Numbered from the stretch's first letter, positions 13,310 to 24,957 are shown. The stretch is 64,000 bases of DNA from Paragordius varius (GCA_964247055.1 OZ176056.1:4216001-4280000); one strand, 5' to 3'. Notes: generated from the sequence alone by a model not told the origin. Numbers and translations are program-made.

Positions 13310-16186
13310 TTATTAGGGGAAAAATAGATTTAAAAAATTATTTTTGTGGACTTTGTTTTTTGAAATAAATGGCATTTTACGGTTGCGGGTAAAAAGATGG
13401 CCTAAATAAAAAAAGCGTGACGACTATGTTCGGCGCAATCAAAAATAAAACAAATATCATATTTGAAATTGTTTGGTCCAACACGTTCTCCAAAAAATTG
13501 TCTCAAAGACACGATTTTTGTGGACTTCTGTTTTCAAAAAAACCCTTTTTCACACGGGGTGGGCCCGAACTGGGGGCCTATTTCAAAAAAGGGCGAAGCG
13601 GGGCATTCATTAATGATTATATTTTTTCGATGTTTAGATTTGAACGGGTCTACCGGTTTTCCGGTACCAGATCACAAAGCCAGCATTTTCCATTTTTATA
13701 AATATATAGATTATCATAAACAATGTTTTATTATCCATATATTTTTTAACATCCTATACATATGATAGATACTCCTTACTCAGCAGCTATCATCAAAGAA
13801 ACGCTTGACTAAAATTTTTGCCTTTTAACAGGGAATACAAAAAATCCTTATTGAAGTTTTACAGTCTCTTACCTTGGGCAAAAAATTACAATCAAAAAAA
13901 ATTTTTGTGGACTGTTTTTTGAAAAAAATGGCATTTTACGGGGTAGCGGGTATATAGAGGGCCTAAATCAAAAAAGCGAGTCGACTATGTTCGATGCGAT
14001 CAAAAATAAGTAAACAAAAATCATATTTGAACACGTTCTCACGAAAATTGTCTCAACCTGTTTTTTACACAGGATAGGCCCCAACTGGGAGCCTAATTCA
14101 AAAAAAAGGGCGAAGCTGTTGTCGGGACATTAATTAATGATTATATTTTTTCGATATTTGGATTTGATTGGGTTCACCGGTTTTTCGGAAACAGATCACA
14201 AAGCCACATGATGAATCAGTTTTTATCGGGTAGCTCTTACCCAGCAGCTATCATCAAAGAAACGCTTGACTAAGTATTTTGACTTTTATCAGGGAATACG
14301 TGGAATCCATTTTGAATTTTTACGATCTCATACCTAGGGGGAAAAATAGATTTAAAAAAAATTATTTTTGTGGACTGTTTTTTGAAAAAAAATGGCATTT
14401 TAAGGGGGGAGCGGGTAAAAAGAGGGCCTAAAAAGAGCGAGACGACTATGTTCGGCGAGATCAAAAATAAGTAAACAAAAATCATATTTGAAATTGAATG
14501 CTCCAACACGTTCTCCGGAAAATTGTCTCAACCTGTTTTTGACACGGGGTGGGCCCGAACTGGGTGCCTATTTCAAAAAAATGGCGAAGCTTTTGTCGAG
14601 GCATTCATTAATGATTATATTTTTTTGATGTTTGGATTTGAATGGGTCTACCGGTTTACCGGTACCAGATCACAAAGCCAGCATTTTCCATTTTAATATA
14701 ATATGTAGATTACCATAAATAATGTTTTATTATCCATAGATTTTTTAACATCCTATACATATGAATACTCCATACTCAGCAGCTATCATCAAAGAAACGC
14801 ACTTAAATTTTTGTCTTTTTACAGGGAATTTGAAAAATCCATACTGAATTTTTACTCATACCTAGGGCGAAAAATAGATTTGAAAAATTATTTTTGTGGA
14901 CTTTGCTTTGATTTTTAATGGCATTTTACGGGGGGAGTGGGTAAAAAGATGGACCAAATCAAAAAAGTGAGTCGACTATGTTCGGCGCGATCAAAAATAA
15001 GCAAACAAAAATCATATTTAAAATTGAATGGTCCAACACGTTCTCAAGCAAATTGTTTCAACCTGTTTTTACACGGGGTAAGCCCGAACTGGGGCACTAA
15101 TTCAACAAAAGGGCGAAGCTATTGTCGGGACATTTATTAATGATTATATTTATACGATATTTGGATTTTATTGGGTTCTCCGGTTTTCCGGAAACAGATA
15201 ACAAATCCACATGATCAATCAGTTTTTAGCGGGTAGCTCCTTACCCAGCAGCTATCATCAAAGAAACGCACTAAAATTTTTGTCTTTTTACAGGGAATTT
15301 GAAAAATCATTACTGAATTTTTACTCATACCTAGGGCGAAAAATAGATTTGAAAAATTATTTTTGTGGACTTTGCTTTGATTTTTGAAAAAAATGGCATT
15401 TTACGGGGGGAGTGGGTAAAAAGATGGACCAAATCAAAAAAGTGAGTCGACTATGTTCGGCGCGATCAAAAATAGGTAAACAAAAATCATATTTAAAATT
15501 GAATGGTCCAACACGTTCTCAAGCAAATTGTTTCAACCTGTTTTTACACGGGGTAGGCCCGAACTGGGGCACTAATTCAACAAAAGAGCGAAGCTATTGT
15601 CGGGACATTTATTAATGATTATATTTATACGATATTTGGATTTTATTGGGTTCTCCGGTTTTCCGGAAACAGATAACAAATCCACATGATCAATCAGTTT
15701 TTAGCGGGTAGCTCCTTACCCAGCAGCTATCATCAAAGAAACGCTTGACTAAAATTTTTGACTTTTATCAGGGAATACGTGGAATCCATATTGAATTTTT
15801 ACGGTCTCATACCTAGGGCGAAAAATAGATTTAAAAAATAATTTTTGTGGACTGTTTTTTGATAAAAATGGCATTTTACGGGGGAAGCGGGTAAAAGATG
15901 GGCTAAATCAAAAAAGTGAGTCGACTATGTTCGGCGCGATCAAAAATAAGTAAACAAAAATCATATTTAAAATTGAATGGTCCAACACGTTCTCCGGAAA
16001 ATTGTCTCAACCTGTTTTTCACACGGGGTGGGCCCGAACTGGGTGCCTATTTCAAAAAAGGGCGAAGCTATTGTCGGGGCATTCATTAATGATTATATTT
16101 TTTCGATCTTTGGATTTGAATGGGTGTAGCGGTTTTCCGGTAACAGATCACAAAGCCACCATTTTCCATTTTTATAAATATATAGA
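13310..16186 (-). repeat. Tandem array of six ~470-560 bp units derived from the 5' part of the Helitron-like element
   Basis: Units begin near 13320, 13880, 14340, 14865, 15335 and 15815. Their reverse complement matches the first ~450 bp of 25670-27697 and 36561-38526. Element-start motif TCTATATATTTATAAAAATGG on the minus strand at 13710 and 16186, with a degenerate version at 14709. Confidence 0.85.
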
Positions 16187-18163
16187 TTATATAATGTTTT
16201 TCCATTAACTTGAAAATACCATAAAATACGCTTCTATAAAATTTAGCTAAAAAATTAATTTGACAACGGGCCATGACTTATTTTCAAGCTCAATCACTTG
16301 GATTATGGATTATGTGGAAACATAGGTTTAAGGGAGGTGATTAAGTTTTTGAAGCGGGAATATCGGAAATGTTTATCATCATGATGAATAACTTTCTACG
16401 CGATTTATATACAAGTCTTATTAGAAAGTTTTGTTTAAATAATTTATATTCGTGTAATTTATGAATACAGTAAATGAATTTAGAAATGACGATAAGGGCT
16501 AGACTTTGGCCAAATGATAGATTTGGGATACTAAAACCGGACGATTGATATATTTGATAAATATAATTTTGATAATAAAATATATACACATTTAAAAATA
16601 AACTAATAATGTTTAATTGTTTTTCTCCTATCTATTCCTTGATGGCTATTAGATGTGGCTGTCTGATCTTCAGATATACGGTTTGCTAACTGATTCAATG
16701 TTATCTATCGCTTTTATATGCTTTCCTTAAACCATACAAAGATATACCAAACTTCAGTATCATAAATATGTGGCAGAGATACATGTCTAAAATAAACTAA
16801 TTAAAATATTCGAAAAATTTCTGATCATATTATGATTTAGAATGGTTTCAATTGAGAATATAAAATATTTGTATGACACATTCTAAATTTTGAAAAGACA
16901 TATCAGTAGGTATTATATTTGAAGAACATAATATTTAAAAAGTATTGCCTGTATAATAGCACAAAGTCCCCTTTCAGAATCGGTATATCCCATATACATA
17001 TGATAAAAAATGACTTATTTATCTGCCTAGTATTTCTTGCCTAAATTTATAAAAATAAAGCACTTAAACGTTATAATCTTTAGTAAGCATATGCCCGAAT
17101 AATTTTTTTGATACATGTTTAAAATTTCCATACTTCTACGCTAATGTTTTCAGATTCCGAAAATTCTTTCTAGTAGGATCAAAAATTCCATCTCAACAGG
17201 ATGAGCTCAATCACCTTGATTGATATTCCATGTTATTGAGCCGGTCAACAGGTTTATTCACATGGGCCTAAATATGCATTCATCAAAAACGTTTAATTGA
17301 TGTCATAATTTAGCATATAATTAAGCAATCTCAACGTTTCTTCGTTTATTTTAAGATTCGAGTTTAATTTAAATAACTGAAATATAACGCGTAGATACAT
17401 CAAATTCAAATTTTATAAAAATATTGATCTTTTTAAATATAATATACAAAATAATATTTGAAAAGAAATTAGCTGGCATCAAATATAATTGGCATCTTGT
17501 GCACAATTTTTTCAATACTTAATATAAAGCAATTGCCACAAAAATGCTAACAACTTTTTCAAATTACTCACTACCAAATGCTCCATAAAAATCCTAATTC
17601 AGAAGTATATTATACCATTTGCACTTCAAATTCACCCTTGTACATACAATTCAAATGCGCTAACAATTCATATATACCCTTGAACAAATCACATTCACCC
17701 TTAAAATAAATTATGTGTTTTTAAGCTATAACTTAAATGAATTTTCCTTTTTAAAATAAAAAATATATGTAATTTATAATATTCAATTACAAATAATTTA
17801 AGGAAATTTGTATTGCTCGGTGAATTTGAATTTTTCGAGGGTGTTAAATTGTTTTTTAGGTGTAAATATATATGCAGTTATTACCATAAAAATGGGGAGC
17901 TATTATAAATCTCTCGTGCAAAATCAATATCACTAGGAGAATCTATAAATATTTAAATTTCAATATATACATGAGATTTTGTGCACTCTTTAATCAGATC
18001 TCTTAACTTCTTGGTTGGATGAGCATGCCATAAAATACCTCTTTAAGAATGTTGGCACAGTTAAATTAATGTAATCTAGGCGTTTATTTGCCACTGTCCT
18101 ATCATAGATTTCAATTTAAATCCTACATTTATGGTTTTTTTACCCAAGAAAATTTTTTATTTA

Positions 18164-18326
18164 CAGTATGCATTTTAATGGTTGCTTATTTTACACTATA
18201 GTTTGGCAATTTGTTCTCAAAACAATAGTTAGTGGAAAAAACTATTACTTCCTTTCTTTTTCCATACGCTCATGTGCAAATTTCCCAATTATAGTGTGAA
18301 ATAAGCAACCATTAAAATGCATACTG
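18164..18326. mobile_element. Tc1/mariner-type MITE (paralog of 5063-5228)
   Basis: Same CAGTATGCATTTTAATGG TIRs with TA flanks. Confidence 0.85.
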
Positions 18327-18937
18327 TATTGAAGTAATAAAACTTAAAATTTATTAAAAAATACACCAATAGTATCTTGTTACGTTTGTGTCTAAAATCT
18401 TATTTTATTTCCAATTTAATAGTCCACAATCTAATAATAGATTCTATTTGAGACTGGAGTGAATTGAGTAACGAACCTTCCCAATATGAGAAATACCAAT
18501 CTAGTTTATAATGCTATTTTCGAATTCATTCATAGCATAAAACATGGACATAAACAACATACATTTTTTTTAAATTCATAGATTTGTGGTTAGACCACTT
18601 AGTATAATAAAAAATATTTCATTATTTTTGAAAAGTATTTTTTTGTAGCCGGAATCGGAAATTGTTTTTTCTATGCACAGATACGGTATAGAGCAAAACA
18701 AAAAGACTATTATTTAAAGTTAAAAGGCTTAATTCAATGATCGATGTTTAATACTAACCGTTAAAGACAAATTTTAATATGAACATAAGTGTCAAAACTG
18801 GTATAAAAGAAAAACAGTAATAAATATCCTGTTTTATAAAATATATAACATTTATTTATTAATTTATAATTCATTTATTATATATGCCATAACAAACTAA
18901 ACAGAAAAAATTAGGCTCTTATTTTCTATCATGCAAT

Positions 18938-19326
18938 TTAATAAACGGGTCTGTAAGGGTTAGTAATAGGTGGTCTGCGAGTAGGTCTCGTTGTTCTGCG
19001 AGTCCTTCGAGTTCTCCTAGTTCTAGGGGGTTTTGTGGGCCTGGTACCTCGAGTCACGGGTGGTGGATTACATCGGCAGGTTGGACATCCAAATTCATCC
19101 AAAACGTTTCCATATTGACAAAATATGGTACATACCGGACCACAATCAGGCGGATACACTATATGAAAAGGTTAAAGAATTTTTATAATTTACATCATAT
19201 TTCTTCTTGTTTAACAAAAGTTTAAATTCTAATTAAACTCAAAATTTGTATATGAACTCTACCAGGGGCAGAATAAAAATGTATTGCCAACACGAAGGAA
19301 ATGGATATTAATATAAATTTACGCAT
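18938..19326 (-). CDS. Secreted antistasin-like/Arg-Pro-Thr peptide, copy 3 (94 aa; exons 19326-19263, 19158-18938)
   Basis: MRKFILISISFVLAIHFYSAP, 104-nt phase-1 GT-AG intron, then VYPPDCGPVCTIFCQYGNVLDEFGCPTCRCNPPPVTRGTRPTKPPRTRRTRRTRRTTRPTRRPPITNPYRPVY*. Confidence 0.9.
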
Positions 19327-19421
19327 AATAAATTCCTTAATACAATAATGAATAATTTCTAAAGAGGGGGGGGGATAGTTTTGAAAATTTAATATTTTGA
19401 TAATTTTACAATTTCGTGTCG

Positions 19422-19429
19422 TATTTATA
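19422..19429 (-). promoter_or_regulatory. TATA box of peptide gene 3
   Basis: Minus strand AAAAGCTATAAATACGACACGA, identical to the copy 1 context. Confidence 0.7.
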
Positions 19430-19872
19430 GCTTTTGTACATGGCTGATTCACTATATATAGAAAGGTTAGATATTGTTTTAAAGGTAAAGTGTAATAGAA
19501 ACTACTATTTAGCAAATGTGGATAACTTTATACAAAAGTGGTCGAGTACGAGGTCCAAGGGTCGCATGCGGCCATCCAATAAAATTTATGCAGATATTTT
19601 AAAAATACCAAATGAAATTTAATTAAATTATTATAAAATTGTCAAAATTGATGTAAAACTGATAGAACGAACGAATACGTCTTTTCAAATCCTCGTAATA
19701 AACTAGCATTAGTTGTAATAAATAGTAATTTTTTACAGACTTAAGTTTGGAATCAATAAATGTTCGTTTTTTTGAAAGTAAACCGACAGATTTTTTAGTC
19801 CTAAATGCGGCCCACAAACCCTTTGTGTTGTTTAATCTAAAATATCTTATTTTTAATATCTGAATTTCATAC

Positions 19873-19942
19873 CACCCCTGGCGGATAAAGAAGTGATGGC
19901 CAGCACCGACAATAAAAGGAATATTAATATAAATTTACGCAT
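19873..19942 (-). other. Orphan signal-peptide exon of the peptide family (alternative first exon or fifth paralog relic)
   Basis: Minus strand ATG CGT AAA TTT ATA TTA ATA... encodes MRKFILIFLLLSVLAITSLSARG, then G|GTATG (phase 1). The first 22 nt are identical to copy 3 exon 1. It has its own TATAAATACGACAC at 20051-20038. Confidence 0.7.
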
Positions 19943-20043
19943 GATGAATGTTATTATTATAAATATGATTAAATATCGAACAAGTGTACGACAAAAGAGT
20001 TTTGAACAGAAAAATGATTTGATAGTTTTACGATTGTGTGTCG

Positions 20044-20051
20044 TATTTATA
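20044..20051 (-). promoter_or_regulatory. TATA box upstream of the orphan signal exon
   Basis: TATAAATACGACAC on the minus strand, about 100 nt upstream of ATG 19942. Confidence 0.65.
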
Positions 20052-20391
20052 CATTTCCACTCTTTAAAGGTTACTCAAAGCGAAATATATGCAGATTAGT
20101 ACTAATTAGCCAAATATGGTAAATTAGTTGAATAATACTCAAGGTTTAAATCCTTAATTTATCTTTTATTACCAATTAGACTCTCAATTAATTAATTTGG
20201 ACAAAATCTATAATATTAATTTCTAGTTACAATTATTTCGGTAAAATAAACTAATTGTTTATATGCTAGACCAGAAGTGAAATTTATAACATATTTTTAT
20301 GTAAATTAACAATTTTAACCTTTGTTAACATAACAATATTTTAATATATTTTTTGAGAAGTGCGCATGACCAAATTAAAATATGATGTGAG

Positions 20392-21782
20392 TAGAGTTGT
20401 GATTTTGACCCCCTTTTTTTGAAAAAGGGGGTCAGACCTAGGTCGGACCTAGGTCCGACCTAGGTCATATCATATGTTATTGCCAATAATAAATAACTAC
20501 ATACATAAATAATTGATTGAATCACATAAAAAAGGTTTTTACATAAAGTATATATTTTTTAAAATTATATTTTCACCAATTCTGATAAAAAATTAACGAT
20601 CTTTCCTGGAATCATACATAAAGACTTATAAAAAGTTTCAAATCACAGAAAGCTAAGAGCAACGAGAAAATATGGATTTATTGAAACCTATTTATGCTCT
20701 AATTATGTATAGATTGTGTAAGTTCATGAACTTAACGTTAACGAATGGTTCAAAGTTTTTAATACTTTGAAATTTTTTATACGATTTATTAGATTTAATA
20801 TATAACCGTGCTCACTACATTTAAAATTTCAGTAATCTTATTAAGTTTAATATATTCTTTGATCAAGTTATTTAAAATATGACATTGGCATCCATGCCAT
20901 ATTATATTAGGATATTCTTTACTAATCCAATTTTCAGCAGCCTTCATGTTCGCTGCATTATCGGTCACAATGGCATTAATTTTTTAAATTTTGTATTTCG
21001 TTTATAATTGGTTATATTATGTTATAGATATATTCGGCAGTCTTACTATAATAAGATGTGTCAATAGTTAATAAAAAATGATTTTTGGGATCCTTTAATA
21101 AATAATATTAATTTGCTCCCTACGAATATTGATAAAGGGATCGATTTTTAATGAATATTTTTTTACATATTCCAATAACTTCTATTTTTATATTTCATAA
21201 GATGTATCTAGTAATTTATTAGAAATCTGTTTTCTATTTGGAATAGCATAATTAGGTTTAAACTATGAATGAAACTCCGTAAATATTTATTTTCAACTAT
21301 GTTAAGAGTTGAGGATGTAAAAATAAATTTTGCTGAATGTTTCTGGCTATTTTCACTTGAAAACAGAAATTTTTATGACTAAAATTAAGAAACTAAATAA
21401 TTAGCTTGCTTTCGACCATCACCTTCTGTCATATAATTTATTTCGTGAACTTCTTTTACATGTTTCTTCATTCGGTATTTATTTAAATATATATATAGTG
21501 TAATTGCATTTCTTGCATGTAACTTGAATTTTTTTAATCGAAAATTTCCACAAGGCTGATTTCATATGATTTAGGAAGAAAAGATGTGTCTCATATGATA
21601 TTTAAAACAAAATAATACATATTTAGATAATATAAGGTTTTGTTTTACTAAAAATCGTAAAATTAAGAAAATAAAAAATTAAAAAAAAATAAAAAAATGA
21701 CCTAGGTCATTTTTATTCGTGGTCATGACCATGGTCATGACCTAGGTCATGACCCTAGGTCTGACTAATGGGCACAACCCTA
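20392..21782 (-). mobile_element. Internally deleted hAT transposon (1391 bp)
   Basis: 8-bp TSD GATGTGAG on both sides. TIR TAGAGTTGTG / CACAACCCTA. Minus-strand remnants of a BED finger (VTCKKC, RMKKHVKEVH) and catalytic motifs (INAIVTDNAANMK, GCQCH). Subterminal GACCTAGGTC palindromes. Confidence 0.88.
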
Positions 21783-22399
21783 GATGTGAGTACAATTGTT
21801 AAATCATCACTTTTTATAGGTACATGGATCAGATCGATTTAACTACAAAAATTAGTAATAGTGTCTCTTTGTCACCTTTTTTTATATTATGGTTTAGCTT
21901 AAAATGGTTTCAAACAGTTATAACGGTTGTGAGATGCTAATCCCGTCTTCATCAGTAACGGTCTTAAAAAGGCAATCATATTCTATAACGAAAAATTAGA
22001 ATATATTTGATGCTTACAATTTACTTGCAAAATTTGTTAATTAACTTCCATCATTATTTTGTTCTTCTGAATAAACAAAATGAAATATTTTTAAAACCCC
22101 AAAATATAGTATGACGATTAAATATAAGCCTTTTTTGATACTATAAATCACACAAAAAATATATTATAAAATCCTATTAAAAACAAAATTTAAAAATAAA
22201 GATCAATTAACATCAGCTGTGCCCTATCACGCGTCCTGTAGTTGCAAACAATTTTTAACAAGAAAATGTGGATACGATTAGCATTAGGCCCATAAAAGAA
22301 TATGATTTTAAATACTAATACCCTTACTAACTTGCGATTTTTAATAAAAATACGGTTTATTTCAACATAATTGCATATATAACACAAGGTGTCTAATTA

Positions 22400-23150
22400 G
22401 GAGATAATGAAAAAAATTTATTTTGGTTTTTAAATTAACCCAAAACAACTATTGAATTTATATAGTCTCAATCGGTTTCCAATAATAAAAGTCATGTTAT
22501 TTTAATATGGTGGCGCATTTAAAATAAGGTAAGGCCCTAATTATGGGTTGATTTAAAGCTCTTGACTAATTGGCTTTTACGATTGATGTTTAAAACCGTA
22601 ATAGATTTTTCGCTAAATTCCTTGCCAGTTATTATCTAGTCGAGTATTTTGCTTTGTGTGATCCCACCTAGTGGTTTATTTAATATCAGCACTCATTTAT
22701 AATTGTTGCCAGAAAAAGCTAAAATCAAAAAATTCATATGATCTCATAACTTGGGCGATAATTATCTTAAAGCTATGTTCTTTCTGTGGCTTTGTATTTA
22801 CAGAGGGTGGAGATTAATTTGAAAGCGCACTATTTATCTTATAACTTGGTCCAAGATTATCTAAAAACGCACGTTATTCGCATTCTAAAGGGGATGACGC
22901 CCAGCGATTAACTTAAAAAAGCCCTTGATTTAAATTTTACTTCTCAATAATAATTAAAAATTGGTCTTATAGCTTTTGACAAAATTAGTTTTGATACCAC
23001 GTATATGGTGTCGTTATTTAAACGTAAGGTCCCGGACTAAAGTTTTTGCCTTTTATGGGGAATACTTAAAATTACTATTGATTCGTTATACATCCAAAAA
23101 TATTTTTTAAGAGTGTGATTTACTGGATAGAGGGGCTAAAATGTGCTTTA
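22400..23150 (-). repeat. Degraded internal subrepeats of the Helitron-like family
   Basis: The reverse complement of tatggtggcgcatttaaaataaggtaaggccctaa (~22505) and a similar block (~23000) resembles the taattaggccctt...aaatgcgctaccata subrepeats at 26280-26620. Confidence 0.4.
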
Positions 23151-24154
23151 GTCAAATGGGTCGGTTATAAAAATAAAAAATATATTGAATTTAACTGCAT
23201 GTTTATTAAATTGTTTTAGAGACTACACCTATATTTCATTTCATATTATAAAAAATGACTATAGGCTAAACACAGATTTAAGATTGAATGAGGTTTTTAC
23301 ATGAAAATAAATCATTGAAAATTTACTTTTTAATTCCATAATGAGGAATACACATAGCTACCGAATATTTTTAAGATTTTCAAACATTTTAGTTTTTATA
23401 TTATTTTAGTTATCATTTTTTGAGCATAGAAATGGGTTAGAAAGGGTTATAAATTAAAATTTTACCATACTTATATGTATGGAAAATTACTTGGGTATAA
23501 AAGAGAAACCAAATTTTCTCAATAAGTAAGATATTGATTTAACAGACTGTGGCCCTTGTAAAAATTAGAACCCAATAAATTATAGAAGCGCTTTTAATTC
23601 AAAAAATTAGAAATTTATGCGTCAGCTAAAGAGTTCACGTGGACCTATAATCTGCATTTGAAATATATAACTAGAATTTAGTTTAGAACATAATCGATAT
23701 AATTTAAAGAAAAAAATGTGATTAGAAATATGAGCTAAATTTAGCATTTTCATAAGCATTTAATTATGGGTGGTGTTATATAACATAGGAAAAAAGAAAA
23801 TATTTTAAGTAACCTTTTCAGAAGCATAAATAACATAGTGAAAATAGAATTGTTTTATAATATTACCAATTAACTCGGCTTACAAGTTTAAGCAAAATTA
23901 TATTATATCTTTTATAACTGGTAACAGGCATTAATAATATATTTAGTCTGGTGTTGACACCAAATTTACTTTAATCATATGGATCAATTATATTTTTTTG
24001 TATAAAACAGTAGATTAATTAATACGATAAAAAATTAATATAATTAACGAATTTGAATAAATTTATTATATAGTTAGCATAATAGTTTAGTTAAAGACCG
24101 AGGACATTTTACTTAATTGTTATACTCTTTAACAAAAAACAAAATTGAAAAACG

Positions 24155-24162
24155 TATAAATA
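24155..24162 (+). promoter_or_regulatory. TATA box of peptide gene 4
   Basis: TATAAATAC 94 nt upstream of ATG 24249. Confidence 0.6.
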
Positions 24163-24248
24163 CAGCAAATGCAGATATACCCGCATCAAAAACACTTTCT
24201 TTTCAAAAATATTATATTTGTTCTTCCATCACAATAATTTTAGTTAAA

Positions 24249-24957
24249 ATGCGTAACTTTATTCTGATTACAATATGCTTTATGGTACTCAGCGCTATTT
24301 CTGCCACACACAGTAATTTTCTTTTTTACAACATTTAGAAAATTGGATTCAAATAATTAATTGGTAAATCAGTTAAAATAGCTTGTAAAAACTAAATAGA
24401 CATGAGTAAAAATTCATTGCTAGTTGTTTTATCAATAGTGCCATATAGCTACAGAAAATCAGATGCTTTATTGGCTAAAGTTCGTTCATATCAAAATATA
24501 TATTTCTTTTCCAATGTATTTTTACTAACACTGTAAAAGTAAAAAGCTAATATTTTTTATACAAACCATATTTTTTAATACGATTATCTTATACATACGA
24601 TTGTGTATACACAATTATACTAATCATATATTTCTCATTTGGTAAGCCTAAATAAGTCAGATTTAATTAAGGTTTATTATATAACAATTTGCTTCTAAAA
24701 CATTCTAAGCTTTGCTTATATAATTTTTGAAATTTTTACTGTACACAGGATATGGGCATGAATGTGATCCAGTATGTGATATATATTGTCCGTATGGGAA
24801 CGTGGTGGATGAATTTGGTTGTGAAATTTGTCAATGTAATCCACCACCCGTGACTCGACGTACCAGACCTACAAGACCTCCGACTAGAAGAACTCGTAGA
24901 ACAACGAGACCTACTCGTCGACCACCTATCACTATCCCTTACAGACCCGTTTATTGA
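24249..24957 (+). CDS. Secreted antistasin-like/Arg-Pro-Thr peptide, copy 4 (90 aa; exons 24249-24312, 24749-24957)
   Basis: MRNFILITICFMVLSAISATH, 436-nt phase-1 GT-AG intron, then RYGHECDPVCDIYCPYGNVVDEFGCEICQC...PITIPYRPVY*. Confidence 0.85.

Larger units (their letters stand above)
10221..18750 (+). repeat. Segmental duplication unit 2, expanded by insertions (about 12070-12590, 13200-16190, 16260-17280)
   Basis: Colinear with 1-5660 at the anchors listed for unit 1. Confidence 0.8.

Noticed and set aside
13417-16208. Repeated ORFs (MGKKMDQIKK..., MKLFGPTRS...) in the array and at 36655-36873
   Set aside because: Frames and stops differ between units and there is no recognisable domain. 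These are chance ORFs in repeat DNA.
16341-16420. GATATTCCCGCTTCAAAAAC (minus strand) resembling sequence just after the copy 4 TATA box (~24172)
   Set aside because: Only about 20 nt, and no signal exon or Cys exon follows. It may be a promoter relic but cannot be supported.
19040-19145. Possible O-fucosylation site in the Cys domain that would link the peptides to GFUS
   Set aside because: Neither the EGF consensus C-x4-(S/T)-C nor the TSR consensus C-x2-(S/T)-C is present; copy 3 CPTC has only one spacer residue.
19623-19817. 64-aa ORF as possible exon 2 of the orphan signal exon
   Set aside because: It needs a phase-2 junction from the TTTTAG acceptor, but the donor is phase 1. No family similarity.
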